DNA from: Promethearchaeota archaeon
GTDB taxonomy: Archaea; Asgardarchaeota; Lokiarchaeia; Sigyniarchaeales; SOKP01
Direction of reading: 5' to 3'
DNA: 64,000 nucleotides
NCBI GenBank assembly: GCA_019058295.1
Contig: JAHPZI010000006.1
Span: 32,001 to 96,000, forward strand
Position numbers and translations under genes: made by a program. This document shows, one piece after another, positions 1 to 10,622 of this stretch. The stretch's first letter is position 1. Every line of letters starts with the position of its first letter. Below the pieces are notes generated by a model that saw nothing but the letters and a program-made list of their open reading frames with translations, did not search any database and was not told the DNA's origin.

Positions 1-797
1 TGAGCTCCTTTGGAATATGAAGTAGTTCTTGTCTTTAAATAATGAATATAATCCTTTTTTGAAATTAAAATTACTAAAGAGATAATTCCTATAGAAAATA
101 TGATTAATGTCCATATCCATACATAAGACCAATAACTAACTTCGTAAATTGTTATATAATAGTCTGTATCTGCTTCAAGCTCTTTAATGCTAGTTTTCAA
201 GTAAGTTTCTGAATTTGATTCATCAACTTTCTCCTCTGTATCAACTAATTCCCACGAATCTTCATCTTCTTCATATATTGCTATTGAATATTCTATAAGG
301 GGGTCCAAACCATAGTTACTATCTTTTATGAATTCTAATTTTATTTTTTCAATTGAAGAGTTAGATTTTATAAGATAAATACATTTATATTGAGATCTTA
401 ACTCAAAATCTCCGTTTTTTGGTTCTTTTGGAGTTTTTGATAATCCAAAACTTTCCATACTTCGTTCTGATTTTATTTCGACAGAGATAGGCTTATTACT
501 ATAATCATTATTAATAATATCAAGAGATACTTCACGATTTTCGATTTTTTTATCATATTCAATATCAAGATGAATAAGCACATCTGTACTGATTTGTAAC
601 CTGTTATTATTCGAAAAAAGATAAGATTTTGATTCACCAGGATTTATTTCTCCTTTTTTTGAATATCCAGAAATATAAGTGTCTTTTCTTGCGAATCCAA
701 TAGAAATTAATAAACTAAATTCTAGAAGAATAATAGTTAAAAGTAAAAAACAAAATCCACGTTTTTTCCATTTATTAGTTATTGATATAAATACCAA
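1..797 (-). CDS. Partial (runs off left edge) single-pass membrane/surface protein, probable paralog of 879..1571
   Basis: Not in ORF track. Manual translation: TTG at 797 after in-frame TAG, open to window edge: signal-like RGFCFLLLTIILLEFSLLISIGFA, ectodomain with IAIYEEDEDSWELVDT, TM WIWTLIIFSIGIISLVILI, then cytoplasmic continuation. Confidence 0.8.
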   Translation of the reverse strand, partial: MVFISITNKWKKRGFCFLLLTIILLEFSLLISIGFARKDTYISGYSKKGEINPGESKSYLFSNNNRLQISTDVLIHLDIEYDKKIENREVSLDIINNDYSNKPISVEIKSERSMESFGLSKTPKEPKNGDFELRSQYKCIYLIKSNSSIEKIKLEFIKDSNYGLDPLIEYSIAIYEEDEDSWELVDTEEKVDESNSETYLKTSIKELEADTDYYITIYEVSYWSYVWIWTLIIFSIGIISLVILISKKDYIHYLKTRTTSYSKGA

Positions 798-878
798 CTA
801 TTATCAGTCCTTTTTTCAATAAATTTAATATAGAAAAAAAAAAATTTTAATATTAATTAAAAAAAATATCTCTGGTCT

Positions 879-1571
879 TTATTTTCTTCTTTTTATTATT
901 ATAACAGCAACCCCAATTATAATTGCAGCTCCGATTCCAACTCCAATCAAAATTATTAAAGTGTAATCTGTCTCAGGTACTAATATAGTCCAAGTTGAAA
1001 AATGATCAGTTTCACATTCTAAATTTCCATCTTCACTAGTCGTTTCAACAGGAACCCATTCTTCATCTTCTTCGTCATAATAAGCCCATGTACCACCTTT
1101 ATTCTGTTCGGTTTCTTGAATACTTAATTTTGCATCACAATCTTCCGTACATTCAATATCGGCAACAAAACCTTCTTGATACCTATATCGTACGCGATTA
1201 CGTGCTTCAATAATATTACCCTTTCTAAGTCCCTTTGAATTTTCTTCTTCTTTACAGTTCATAGTCATGTTAAAAGCTCTATCAGCCTCGACTTCAATTT
1301 CAAAATCTTTATCTCCGATTCTTTCACCATCACATTTTATATCCAAATTAGCGGGTTTATTTGCTTCGAATGTTACTTTTGTTTTTTCCTCGAAACGAAA
1401 CCTTATTTGATTTTCAGCCATTACATAATATTGAATCCTTTCACCATCATCTATATCAACTTTCTCATCGTCTTTAGCCGCTGCTACATCTTCAACATTA
1501 TATAACATAAACCCAGATATAAATGATGATACCAGAAATAACCCAAATAAAATTTTACTCATTTGTGTCAT
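879..1571 (-). CDS. Surface protein: signal peptide, ectodomain ending in CETDHFSTWTI, C-terminal TM anchor + KRRK
   Basis: N-terminal hydrophobic signal, acidic ectodomain, W..V.T...L.C.TDHFS.W motif, C-terminal TM with basic tail. Confidence 0.8.
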   Translation of the reverse strand: MTQMSKILFGLFLVSSFISGFMLYNVEDVAAAKDDEKVDIDDGERIQYYVMAENQIRFRFEEKTKVTFEANKPANLDIKCDGERIGDKDFEIEVEADRAFNMTMNCKEEENSKGLRKGNIIEARNRVRYRYQEGFVADIECTEDCDAKLSIQETEQNKGGTWAYYDEEDEEWVPVETTSEDGNLECETDHFSTWTILVPETDYTLIILIGVGIGAAIIIGVAVIIIKRRK

Positions 1572-1747
1572 TTTTTTTTATCACTCAAATTTGTTCTAAA
1601 AAAATAAAATTGATTTGGTTTAAAAAGGCTTAAGGAATAATTTTCCCCATATATAGGTTTAAATTTTCATTTGAGAGAATAATTAAATTAATATTTGAGG
1701 ATTAAATTTATAGTTTACATGTAAAGCGATTTATTTGTGAAAAAGTT

Positions 1748-3154
1748 ATGACCGAAAGATCTGAAGGAAATAAAGCTCTTTTTGAGCATAGAATATTATC
1801 TACAGGACAAGCAATAGCTTATGGTTTACCAATGGCCGGGTTGCAGGCAATATTGGGAATCCTGGTAAGTTTTACTCTGCTTTTTTATATCGAGATTATG
1901 GGGCAACCCCCAATTGTAGTAGGAGGCATTTTTTCGGCGGGATTAGTTATTTATGCGATTATGTGTATAATAGGTGGGGCAATAGCAGATAAAATCGGAA
2001 AAAAGAAAGTTATGTTAGTTTCTGGACCAATAATGGCAATCACCTTCATATTTATCTGGATACCCCCCATACCTGGTACAAATTTTGGTCAAATTTATAT
2101 TCCCTTAATAATATGGTTTATAATTTTTCTATTTTTGTTTCGAATAATGATTGCAGCTTTTCAATCTTCATTGTTAGCTCTCTTACCAGTGCTCAGCACT
2201 GAGGAGAAAAATAGAGTTAAAGTTAGCATGATTAATATGCTAATGACGATTTTAGGAATAGTGATTGGGATAGTGGGTCCCTTCATTCTAATGAGTAATG
2301 CAACTCAAAATCTTTCCAGAGAAGATCCTAATTTATATTATAAAGATTCTCCTTCCGGTCAAGCAATATATTCTGAAATTTTTTTCTTTGTTATATTGAT
2401 TGGAATTTTTTTCTTAGTACTTATGACTCTGATGATGCTCAAAATAAAAGAACCGAAGAAGAAAAATACAGAGCAAACAGGATTTAAAGAAATTTTAAGA
2501 GAGCTTTTTGAACCTTTAAAAGATAAAAACTATAGAAGATGGTTAATTACATTTTTTATATTTTGGGTACCCTTTATAGCTTTTGAATTTTTAGCCGTAA
2601 ATTTAGCTACATTTGTATTGGATTTGAGAGGGATAGAATTTTTAATTGCGATATTGATTGGGTTTATTTCAACGATCTTTTCATTTGTAATCTGGCAAAA
2701 AATTTCGCAGAAATTTTCGCTGAAGAAGACATTCACTATTTGTTTAATCCTTTCTAGTATATCGTTCTCTCTAATATTAATCTTAACAATACCTATGACA
2801 CATCAATTAATGTTTATATTTGGCCTCAGTATAATATGCCTCTGTTTTTGCTGCTTGGTGGGAACGATGACTTTTCCATCAGCAATAACGGGAGATCTTA
2901 TTGATTCTGCGGAATCAAAAGCTGGTGGAAAATCATTGAGCGGAACGTATTCAGGAGCATATATAATGATAGGATCGTTCGCCGCTGCTCTTTCTATTCT
3001 AATTATATCAATTATTTTGCAATTATTTGGTCCAGAATCACCGATGTCCTATGCGTTAATATTATCTGTAGTTGGCACTGGTTTAATTTTAATTGCTGTA
3101 ATCATCTTTCAGAAAGTTCCAATAGTAGGGACAGAGGAAAGACAGAAACAATAA
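1748..3154 (+). CDS. MFS transporter, GPH (MelB-like) family
   Basis: ~12 TM; GGAIADKIGKK MFS motif A; DLID...G.YSG loop motif. Confidence 0.85.
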   Translation: MTERSEGNKALFEHRILSTGQAIAYGLPMAGLQAILGILVSFTLLFYIEIMGQPPIVVGGIFSAGLVIYAIMCIIGGAIADKIGKKKVMLVSGPIMAITFIFIWIPPIPGTNFGQIYIPLIIWFIIFLFLFRIMIAAFQSSLLALLPVLSTEEKNRVKVSMINMLMTILGIVIGIVGPFILMSNATQNLSREDPNLYYKDSPSGQAIYSEIFFFVILIGIFFLVLMTLMMLKIKEPKKKNTEQTGFKEILRELFEPLKDKNYRRWLITFFIFWVPFIAFEFLAVNLATFVLDLRGIEFLIAILIGFISTIFSFVIWQKISQKFSLKKTFTICLILSSISFSLILILTIPMTHQLMFIFGLSIICLCFCCLVGTMTFPSAITGDLIDSAESKAGGKSLSGTYSGAYIMIGSFAAALSILIISIILQLFGPESPMSYALILSVVGTGLILIAVIIFQKVPIVGTEERQKQ

Positions 3155-3165
3155 AAATTATAAAT

Positions 3166-4584
3166 TTAAATTTTACCTTGTTTTTTTAGATGTTTAATAT
3201 ATTCTTTTTCCTTCTCATCGTGTATTTTTTTAAGTTCTGATTTTTGCTTGTCCCATTCTGGACCATCTAAAGGGAAAAATATCATAATAACTGCGCTAAA
3301 CAGAACAAATATCGCAGGTATTAATGTTAATGCTACCATTATTCCAATTTGTGCATTTATTGATTGTGTTTGTGCTTTTGCTTGAAAGCCGAAATACACA
3401 ATCACAAATAAAAACATCCAGTTTGCAATTGAGACTGCTGGTTTTTCAATTACAGCATTCATTCCACCATAACTTGTTTCTCTACGCTTACCAGTGCGAG
3501 TTTCGTCAAAATCTATAACATCAGCCATTATAGCTGGTTTTAAAAGAAGTAACGCTGAAAAACCAATTCCCAATAAAAGTAATGGAACTATTGCAGTTAA
3601 TAAAGACCAACCTAAGAAAAAGAAGCTGATAGAGATTACACCAGTAAATGCAAGGCCAAATATATATAATTTTTTTAATCCATATTTTCCAGACAATTTG
3701 GCGAAAATGGGAGTAAATATGAATGCCATTAAAAGAACAAGAAATAGAGGAACAATCGTTAAAAATCCACTCAAATTCAAAACATAAGAAACATAGTAAA
3801 AAATCCCTGTCGTCAAAATTGTTTGAGCTAAAAGGAAAGAAAAATTACTAATTTCATATTTTATAAATGGTCGATTTTTGAGTGTTTCTTTTATAGTATC
3901 TATAAATCCTAATGGTTCTTCAAGTTGAGTATAAAGATTTTCTTTTAAGAAAAAGCTACTTAGAAAAATAATAAAAGCACATATTATTCCAATGAAAATC
4001 ATTGCAATTAAGAACACTGGATTAACATTGGTAGATTTATCACCTGTTAGAAGAAACACTGGCATTATAAATGAGAAAATTAATGCTAGGCCCCCGAGAA
4101 CTACACCATAAGTCACGACCTCAGTTCTAGCTTTTTGTGTGATTGCCATTTCTGCAGGTAAGGCAAATCCAATAAGACCTATTATTGTAAATAACGTATC
4201 AAATAACATAAGTACAATTAAAAGATTTAAAAACAGCCCGAATTCATCATTCCTATCAACAAAAGGAAACCAACAAATAATAAATAAAATCCCAATAATC
4301 GGAGCTCCAAAGCGAACATAGGGAATTCTTCTTCCATATTTTTGAGATTTTGTACGATCTTGTATATAACCAAAAAGAGGATCATTTATCGTATTCCAAA
4401 TAGCAAAGATTAACCAAGCGATTCCAATTAATGCGGCACTCAATCCTAGTTTAACATTATAATAAAATGTTATACTAGAAAATGCTATTCCCGATAAAAC
4501 TCCATTACCTGCATTAAGAGCACCATAAGCTAATTTTGCTTTTCTTGGAATATATTCTTCAAAAGTTTCATTCTTAGAACTCAA
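3166..4584 (-). CDS. MFS transporter, GPH (MelB-like sugar:cation symporter) family
   Basis: WNTINDPLFGYIQDRT..KYGRRIPY and MADVIDFDETRTGKRRE signatures. Confidence 0.92.
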   Translation of the reverse strand: MSSKNETFEEYIPRKAKLAYGALNAGNGVLSGIAFSSITFYYNVKLGLSAALIGIAWLIFAIWNTINDPLFGYIQDRTKSQKYGRRIPYVRFGAPIIGILFIICWFPFVDRNDEFGLFLNLLIVLMLFDTLFTIIGLIGFALPAEMAITQKARTEVVTYGVVLGGLALIFSFIMPVFLLTGDKSTNVNPVFLIAMIFIGIICAFIIFLSSFFLKENLYTQLEEPLGFIDTIKETLKNRPFIKYEISNFSFLLAQTILTTGIFYYVSYVLNLSGFLTIVPLFLVLLMAFIFTPIFAKLSGKYGLKKLYIFGLAFTGVISISFFFLGWSLLTAIVPLLLLGIGFSALLLLKPAIMADVIDFDETRTGKRRETSYGGMNAVIEKPAVSIANWMFLFVIVYFGFQAKAQTQSINAQIGIMVALTLIPAIFVLFSAVIMIFFPLDGPEWDKQKSELKKIHDEKEKEYIKHLKKQGKI

Positions 4585-4719
4585 TTTATATCCTCTTTTA
4601 TTGCCTTTAATTTTGTATTTTTAGTTTTAAACAATTAATTTAAATATAAATAGATTCATATATTTATAATTTAATTTATTGATTTTTAAGTTCTTATCAC
4701 ACTTGATTCTTGATTTTCT

Positions 4720-6369
4720 ATGAATATTTTAATAAAAAATGGAAATATTGTTGATGGTACTGGTTCTCCGGGATATAAATCTGATGTTTATATTAAAAAT
4801 AATAGAATTGAAAAGATTGGATTGAACCTGGAAGAAGAGGACTGTGAATTAATTGATGCGTCTAATAAAGTTGTCTCTCCTGGATTTATCGATATGCATT
4901 CTCACGGGGATCTTACGATATTAGAAGTAAACAAAGCTGAAGCAACTGTCATGCAAGGAGTTACAACTCTCGTAGTTGGAATGTGTGGGATAGGTCTTGC
5001 CCCTGCTAACGATAAAGTTCGAGAATATTATTCAAATTTGGTGGAAAATTTGTTTGGTTCAAGTAGATTACAATTATTTGATACTATTCAAGAATATATG
5101 GACGTAATAGAGAAAAAAGGAATTTCTACAAACCTAGCATTTTTTATACCGCATGGAAATGTACGAGCGAGTATAATGGGAATGGATGACCGCCCTGCTA
5201 CGCCAGCAGAATTAGAGGAAATGAAAAATATCATTAAAAGAGAATTAGAAGCTGGGGCTTTTGGTATGAGTACGGGTTTAATATATCCTCCTGGATCCAT
5301 AACATCTACAAAAGAAATTATTGAACTTTGCAAGGTTGTAAGTCAATACGGAGGTATTTACGACTCTCATATAAGAAACGAAGGGACCAAAATCTTAGAA
5401 GAGAGCGAAGGCATGGGTGAATTCATTAAAATTGTAAGAGAAGCAAATATTCAAGGTGAGATATCTCATTGGAAAGCTTCCGGTAATCTCGCATGGAAAT
5501 TAACTCCTAAGATGATTAAAATAGTAGAAAATGCGAGAAATGAAGGTCTTAAAATTTACGCAGATGTTTATCCTTATGAGGAGAGTTCTACTAGTTTGGC
5601 AGGATTTTTATTAAAACCTTGGGTTTTTAAAAATTTTAAAGAAAATTTAACTAATCCAAATACTAGACAAAAAATCATAGATGAAACAATTGATATGTTA
5701 ACCTCTACATTTTTAACTGACCTCACATCTAAAATGCAAGAAATCCCTACAACTAAAATTATAGAGCTTATGTTCAATTTTTTAAAAGATGGCGTAAGGA
5801 TAATCAGTGTTTTGCATAATCATAAAATGGAGGGGAAATTTTTAAACGATGCTTTGGAAATTCTTTATCCAAAAAAAGAAATAGCTGAAGCTTTATTGGA
5901 TTTCATTAGAGATGAGGAAGGGTCGATTATGGTTTCTTTTAAAGGAATGAACGAGAGAAAGAGCATTCTATCTTTATTCAAGCAAGATTTTGTATGTATT
6001 GGCTCTGATGGTTTTTTAGTTTTAGAAGGTAATACCCATCCACGAGCCTATGGATGTTTTCCAAAAATCTTGGCAAGGTACGTCAGAGAAAAGAAAATTG
6101 TATCATTAGAAGAAGGAATTAGAAAAATGACCTCATTAACCGCATCAATTTTGGGATTGAAAGACAGAGGGATTATCAGAGAAAATTACAAGGCAGATCT
6201 CGTAATATTTAATCCTATTGAAATAAAAGATAAAGCTACTTATCAAAACGGGCGTCAATTTCCAGACGGGATAGATTATGTCATTGTAAATGGAGAAATC
6301 ACTGTTAAAAATGAAAAACATTTAGGAGTACTAAATGGTCAAATTTTAAAGCACAGAAATAACGATTAA
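4720..6369 (+). CDS. N-acyl-D-amino-acid deacylase (amidohydrolase superfamily)
   Basis: PGFIDMHSHGD, QGVTT, GAFGMSTGLIYPPG, SHIRNE, IGSDG, HPRAYG, ADLVIF motifs. Confidence 0.92.
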   Translation: MNILIKNGNIVDGTGSPGYKSDVYIKNNRIEKIGLNLEEEDCELIDASNKVVSPGFIDMHSHGDLTILEVNKAEATVMQGVTTLVVGMCGIGLAPANDKVREYYSNLVENLFGSSRLQLFDTIQEYMDVIEKKGISTNLAFFIPHGNVRASIMGMDDRPATPAELEEMKNIIKRELEAGAFGMSTGLIYPPGSITSTKEIIELCKVVSQYGGIYDSHIRNEGTKILEESEGMGEFIKIVREANIQGEISHWKASGNLAWKLTPKMIKIVENARNEGLKIYADVYPYEESSTSLAGFLLKPWVFKNFKENLTNPNTRQKIIDETIDMLTSTFLTDLTSKMQEIPTTKIIELMFNFLKDGVRIISVLHNHKMEGKFLNDALEILYPKKEIAEALLDFIRDEEGSIMVSFKGMNERKSILSLFKQDFVCIGSDGFLVLEGNTHPRAYGCFPKILARYVREKKIVSLEEGIRKMTSLTASILGLKDRGIIRENYKADLVIFNPIEIKDKATYQNGRQFPDGIDYVIVNGEITVKNEKHLGVLNGQILKHRNND

Positions 6370-6540
6370 GAACATTGTTTTGTTTTGTTTTGTTTTTTTT
6401 AACTAAAGTATAAATATTTTAATTGGTATCAAAATATTATTAAATTATATTTTCAATAAAATATTATTAAATAAATTCGAATATAATTTATTGTAATTTG
6501 TATTTGAACCTTATATCAAATCTAAAAAAACTGATTAATA

Positions 6541-8868
6541 ATGAGTTTAAAAGAAATAACTAAGGAATTATTTACGAGATACGGGTTAACTGAAGAAGAG
6601 ATTAGTGTCTACATTAAATATCTTGGAGTGCCACAAGCAACAATTTCAGAAGTATTCATGTATTTTGAAGAGGGTGAGATTGAATATTCAGAAGTTGAAG
6701 AAATTACTAAAAAACTCGTTGAATCAAATTTTCTACAAAAGGTCGAAGGGATTGTAGATAGGTACGTACCACTCGAACCATTTTTTGAATTATTTACGAG
6801 CGAATCTGAAGCATTTAGACAGAAAATTGCTACTACTAAAGATAATGCTCTTTCTGATCAATCTAGTCGATTTGAAAAGCTGGAATCGATTCAAAATAAA
6901 AGTATCGAAGAAGTTGAGACCGCAGTTGACACTCAAGTGAAGGAATTTTTTCAAGATTCAGATGATAAGAATGCAAGTAAAAAAGAAAGAATTAATAAAG
7001 CAACGACCAGATTTACAGAAACATCTAAAACTTTAGAAAAAGATCTACACGATAATATAGAAAAAGACTTTTCAGAATTAGACAATGATATAAAACAGCT
7101 TGATACTGAATTTCATCAAATAGTAGATGGATTAATTTCTACTAATGAAACTTCAATTAACGCAGCCAAAACTGATATCGACAAAATTATTACTGATTTA
7201 TTAGGAGATTTCTCAACAAGAGTAAGCAATTTAGAAACTGAATTAAAAAAGGATTTGGATGATCATGTAGACAGACATAAGAACATTGCCAATGAACTTA
7301 AACCTAAAATGGAACAAATTCTTGAGAAATACCTCGAAAGAATGGATAAAATCGTTACTGATCTAAAGGAACGCATTTCAAGATTATTAGCTGACCATAT
7401 GAGCCATGTAAAAAGCACAACAAGTAATATTGAATCAGATATTCATACAAAAGTCGAAGATAGACATTTAGAAATAAAAAATATAATCAATTCATATAAA
7501 AATAGAGCCTTGACATTATTAGAAAATCTAATTACCCAATCAAATAAATTTAGTGATCTTGCTGAAGCAATTCCGAATACAGGTTTTTTCTTTGGAAAAA
7601 AGAAGAAATTGAAATATATTAATGCTTGGAAGGTTATAGAAACAGAAGTTGCAGATATTTCAAGACCATTCAAAGATGATTTTGTGAATGAGTGCGATAA
7701 ATATATTAATGATACTCAAAGTACTTCTGATGAACTAAAAAAGGAAGTATCAGATACCGTGGCAAATGAGAATCAATCATTAGGAACAGAAACGACTGAC
7801 CTTGATAAAAGAGCGCAAGAAACGATTACTGCAGAATTAGATACGCTTGCTACTGATATGTCCGGCGAAATTGATAATACATTACAAACTGGAGTAAAAG
7901 ATTGTTCTGATACTACTGTAAAACTGAAAGATTCATTAGAAAATTCTTTAAAAACACATCATAAAGACTATGATGATGCTATAAATAAACATAAAGATGG
8001 ATCCTTGAAACATTATACCGATTTCGATGCTGAGATTAAAGCTAAGTCATCTGAGTTTAAAGATAAACATACGAAGACTGGTAATGATAGATTAAGCAAA
8101 ATTCGAAGTGATTTTGATGGATCTAAATCTAATACATCTGGAAAAATTGATGCTGAGATTAATCTTTGGAATGAAGAATCTGCTGATATGGATGTTATGT
8201 TGGCTGATATGCTTGAAAATCATAAAAATAAATACAAACTAAATGCTGAAACTCTACAAAATAGTTTATCTAATACAACTCGAGATACTACTCAAAATGT
8301 GAAAGACGCAATTGCCGATTTTACACTTAATTTTATGAATGCTATTGATGATGTGACAGAAGCAGCTGAAAATAACGAAGAAAAACTTAAAGATATTCAT
8401 AACGCCTCTAGCTCAATTCCAGTTTCAGAAATCGCAAAAGTTACCACGTGGCATACGGTTGGAAGAACGGCGTTAATAGCAGCTGTTAAAGATGCTATCT
8501 ATCGAACCAAATCTTCAGTCATAGTTGTCACTCCCGTGGTTGTACCTGAAATTTTACAAGTTATCTCTGAATTTGCATATGAGAGAAAGGTAGCAAGATT
8601 TATGATCACTACACATTGGGATTTGAGTCAATACCAAGATATCCTTAAGAAGATGATGCAATTGGGCAACATTCAATTCCGCAATTTAAATACTCAGGGA
8701 GATTATTTTGCTGTAACTCGAGATGCCGAAGAAGTGATTCTGGCGCCCTATTCAGAGAAAGATTCAGAGATAATTAGCGTTATCAGTAATCACGAGCAAT
8801 ACTGTAATCTTTACTCCCAGATCATCGGACCAGTTTTTACAGCCAATAGTAGACCAGTTAAACTCTAA
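6541..8868 (+). CDS. TrmB-like wHTH + very long helical/coiled-coil insert + C-terminal TrmB effector/PLD-like domain
   Basis: N-term YGLTEEEISVY...ATISEV...KKLVESNFLQ...RYVPLEP (TrmB wHTH); aa ~81-626 helical; C-term WHTVGRTALIAAVKDAIYRTKSSVIVVTP...RDAEEVILAP. Confidence 0.75.
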   Translation: MSLKEITKELFTRYGLTEEEISVYIKYLGVPQATISEVFMYFEEGEIEYSEVEEITKKLVESNFLQKVEGIVDRYVPLEPFFELFTSESEAFRQKIATTKDNALSDQSSRFEKLESIQNKSIEEVETAVDTQVKEFFQDSDDKNASKKERINKATTRFTETSKTLEKDLHDNIEKDFSELDNDIKQLDTEFHQIVDGLISTNETSINAAKTDIDKIITDLLGDFSTRVSNLETELKKDLDDHVDRHKNIANELKPKMEQILEKYLERMDKIVTDLKERISRLLADHMSHVKSTTSNIESDIHTKVEDRHLEIKNIINSYKNRALTLLENLITQSNKFSDLAEAIPNTGFFFGKKKKLKYINAWKVIETEVADISRPFKDDFVNECDKYINDTQSTSDELKKEVSDTVANENQSLGTETTDLDKRAQETITAELDTLATDMSGEIDNTLQTGVKDCSDTTVKLKDSLENSLKTHHKDYDDAINKHKDGSLKHYTDFDAEIKAKSSEFKDKHTKTGNDRLSKIRSDFDGSKSNTSGKIDAEINLWNEESADMDVMLADMLENHKNKYKLNAETLQNSLSNTTRDTTQNVKDAIADFTLNFMNAIDDVTEAAENNEEKLKDIHNASSSIPVSEIAKVTTWHTVGRTALIAAVKDAIYRTKSSVIVVTPVVVPEILQVISEFAYERKVARFMITTHWDLSQYQDILKKMMQLGNIQFRNLNTQGDYFAVTRDAEEVILAPYSEKDSEIISVISNHEQYCNLYSQIIGPVFTANSRPVKL

Positions 8869-9132
8869 TCTAATAAACCACTTTTTATTTTATATTTTAT
8901 TTTATTAAAGATCACAAATAATTAGATATTATTTTTTTTGTTATCCTTATTCCAGCCTAATAATTAAAATAATTATTAAACAAAATTAGAAATCTAAAAA
9001 TTCTTTAATAAATTTGAGGATAGAGGCTGAAATTTAATAGATACTACTCAAGAAAAAGATACAACTTTTATTAGATAAAATTAAAAACGAGATTTAAAAA
9101 AAATTAATTAGTTTCTAGTAGCTATGCGAAAG

Positions 9133-10419
9133 TCAATCCCAGGTTGCCTTTGTAACTGAGGAATCATCGTCCTCTTCGTGAATACGCTTTAGGTCTATGT
9201 CTTGATAACCTGGTAATGTTTGGAGAATCCTTCTCATCGCAAATTTTATATCTTTTGCAGAGGCAATAAAGCGACCCACTATTAGAATATCCGCTCCCTG
9301 CTTTAGAGCGAATATTGCACTATTCGGTTCAATACCTCCCGCTACAGCAACTAAAACACGATCCCTCCCCGAAGCCTTTTTGTGTTCTTTGTATAATTCT
9401 TTGATTTTTGGAACCAAAGCCCATCTTGCTTTTTGCGCGGCATCCGGCGATTGATCACCTTCTACAGACTGCTCAACATCAATTGCTCTATGAAGTATAA
9501 CAACATCGGGGATTTGTTTTAGCGAACTCAATTTCGCAATCGGATCAGTCACTTCCATAGTATCAATAAAAGCATGAATACCAAGGCGCTGTGCTTCTAA
9601 GATAAATTTATCAAGTGATGCTGTAGAGGCTAAACCACTTGCTACAACTCCATCCGCAGTAGCGTCAAATGCGAAATCAACCTCTAATTTCCCTACATCC
9701 AATGTCTTTAAATCAGCCACTATGAAAGCTTCTTTAGCTACTTTTCTAATTTCTCTAATTGCATCCATACCATACTTCTTGAGAAATGGCGTCCCTACTT
9801 CAAGTATGATACGATCACTTTTTGGAAGTTCTTTTACTACTTTAACCTGCTTTTCGAGAGCTGGATGATCCAAAGCTACTTGAATATAAGGAGGTCTCCA
9901 TAATCTAGGGATCCTTATACCTGCCACTGGGTGTTTTGCTCTATCTTTATCATAGAATATCTTTTCAATTGGAGGATATTCCTTCAATGCTCTCTGGATT
10001 GCTAATTTAGTTGCACCATAATTGTATTGATATATTTTTCTATAGTCAGTCGCACCAGGATGAATAAAAACACTAGCAATTATAACCCACTCATCGAGTT
10101 TATTCATTGGAATAATTCCTTCTTCAACAGCATCTGCTACTCCCTTTGCAACTGCGGCTTGAGCAGGTCCAAAAATTTTGTTCGCATCCTCCATTTTCGC
10201 AACAGTAACTTTCGGAACAACTAAACTTATTGGTTTAGATAAAAGATTGGGTCTAATAGCTGCTAAGAGGCCACCGTGACCTTTGGAAGGCTCACTCAGA
10301 GCATTTGCAAAAGATATTCCAACGGGACCGCTTTTGGATCCAATAATTAGGTCAATATGAGCTAGGTTTTCCCCCTCACCTACTAATGCCTCACCAATAT
10401 AATATTCATTTTTAACCAT
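9133..10419 (-). CDS. fae-hps: Bifunctional formaldehyde-activating enzyme / 3-hexulose-6-phosphate synthase
   Basis: IGEALVGEG..AHIDLIIG, FGPAQAAVAKGVADAVEEG, YNYGATKLAI (Fae); LEVGTP, VADLKTLDVG, LHRAIDVE, AVAGGI (Hps). Start placed at ATG of MVKNE. Confidence 0.95.
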   Translation of the reverse strand: MVKNEYYIGEALVGEGENLAHIDLIIGSKSGPVGISFANALSEPSKGHGGLLAAIRPNLLSKPISLVVPKVTVAKMEDANKIFGPAQAAVAKGVADAVEEGIIPMNKLDEWVIIASVFIHPGATDYRKIYQYNYGATKLAIQRALKEYPPIEKIFYDKDRAKHPVAGIRIPRLWRPPYIQVALDHPALEKQVKVVKELPKSDRIILEVGTPFLKKYGMDAIREIRKVAKEAFIVADLKTLDVGKLEVDFAFDATADGVVASGLASTASLDKFILEAQRLGIHAFIDTMEVTDPIAKLSSLKQIPDVVILHRAIDVEQSVEGDQSPDAAQKARWALVPKIKELYKEHKKASGRDRVLVAVAGGIEPNSAIFALKQGADILIVGRFIASAKDIKFAMRRILQTLPGYQDIDLKRIHEEDDDSSVTKATWD

Positions 10420-10622
10420 ACAAAACACGTCTAATGTATTTTATTTAAAACATTGTATTTTGGAGATATTATAAAATAATTTTTACTTACAATTAAAACA
10501 AGTTAATTCACTAATATTAAAATTTCTATAATTATAATAATTTGAAAATGAAAATTTGCTTCAATCTTCTGAAAAAAAAAAAGCAAGAAAAAAAAAAAAA
10601 ATAAAATTTAAAATTTGTTGAT

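Noticed and set aside
6541-8868. SMC/Rad50 or chemoreceptor assignment
   Set aside because: No Walker A/B, CxxC hook or MCP signalling-tip consensus.
10571-10606. Long poly-A runs
   Set aside because: Poly-T terminator-like tracts on the minus strand after the ABC operon; ordinary for this genome.
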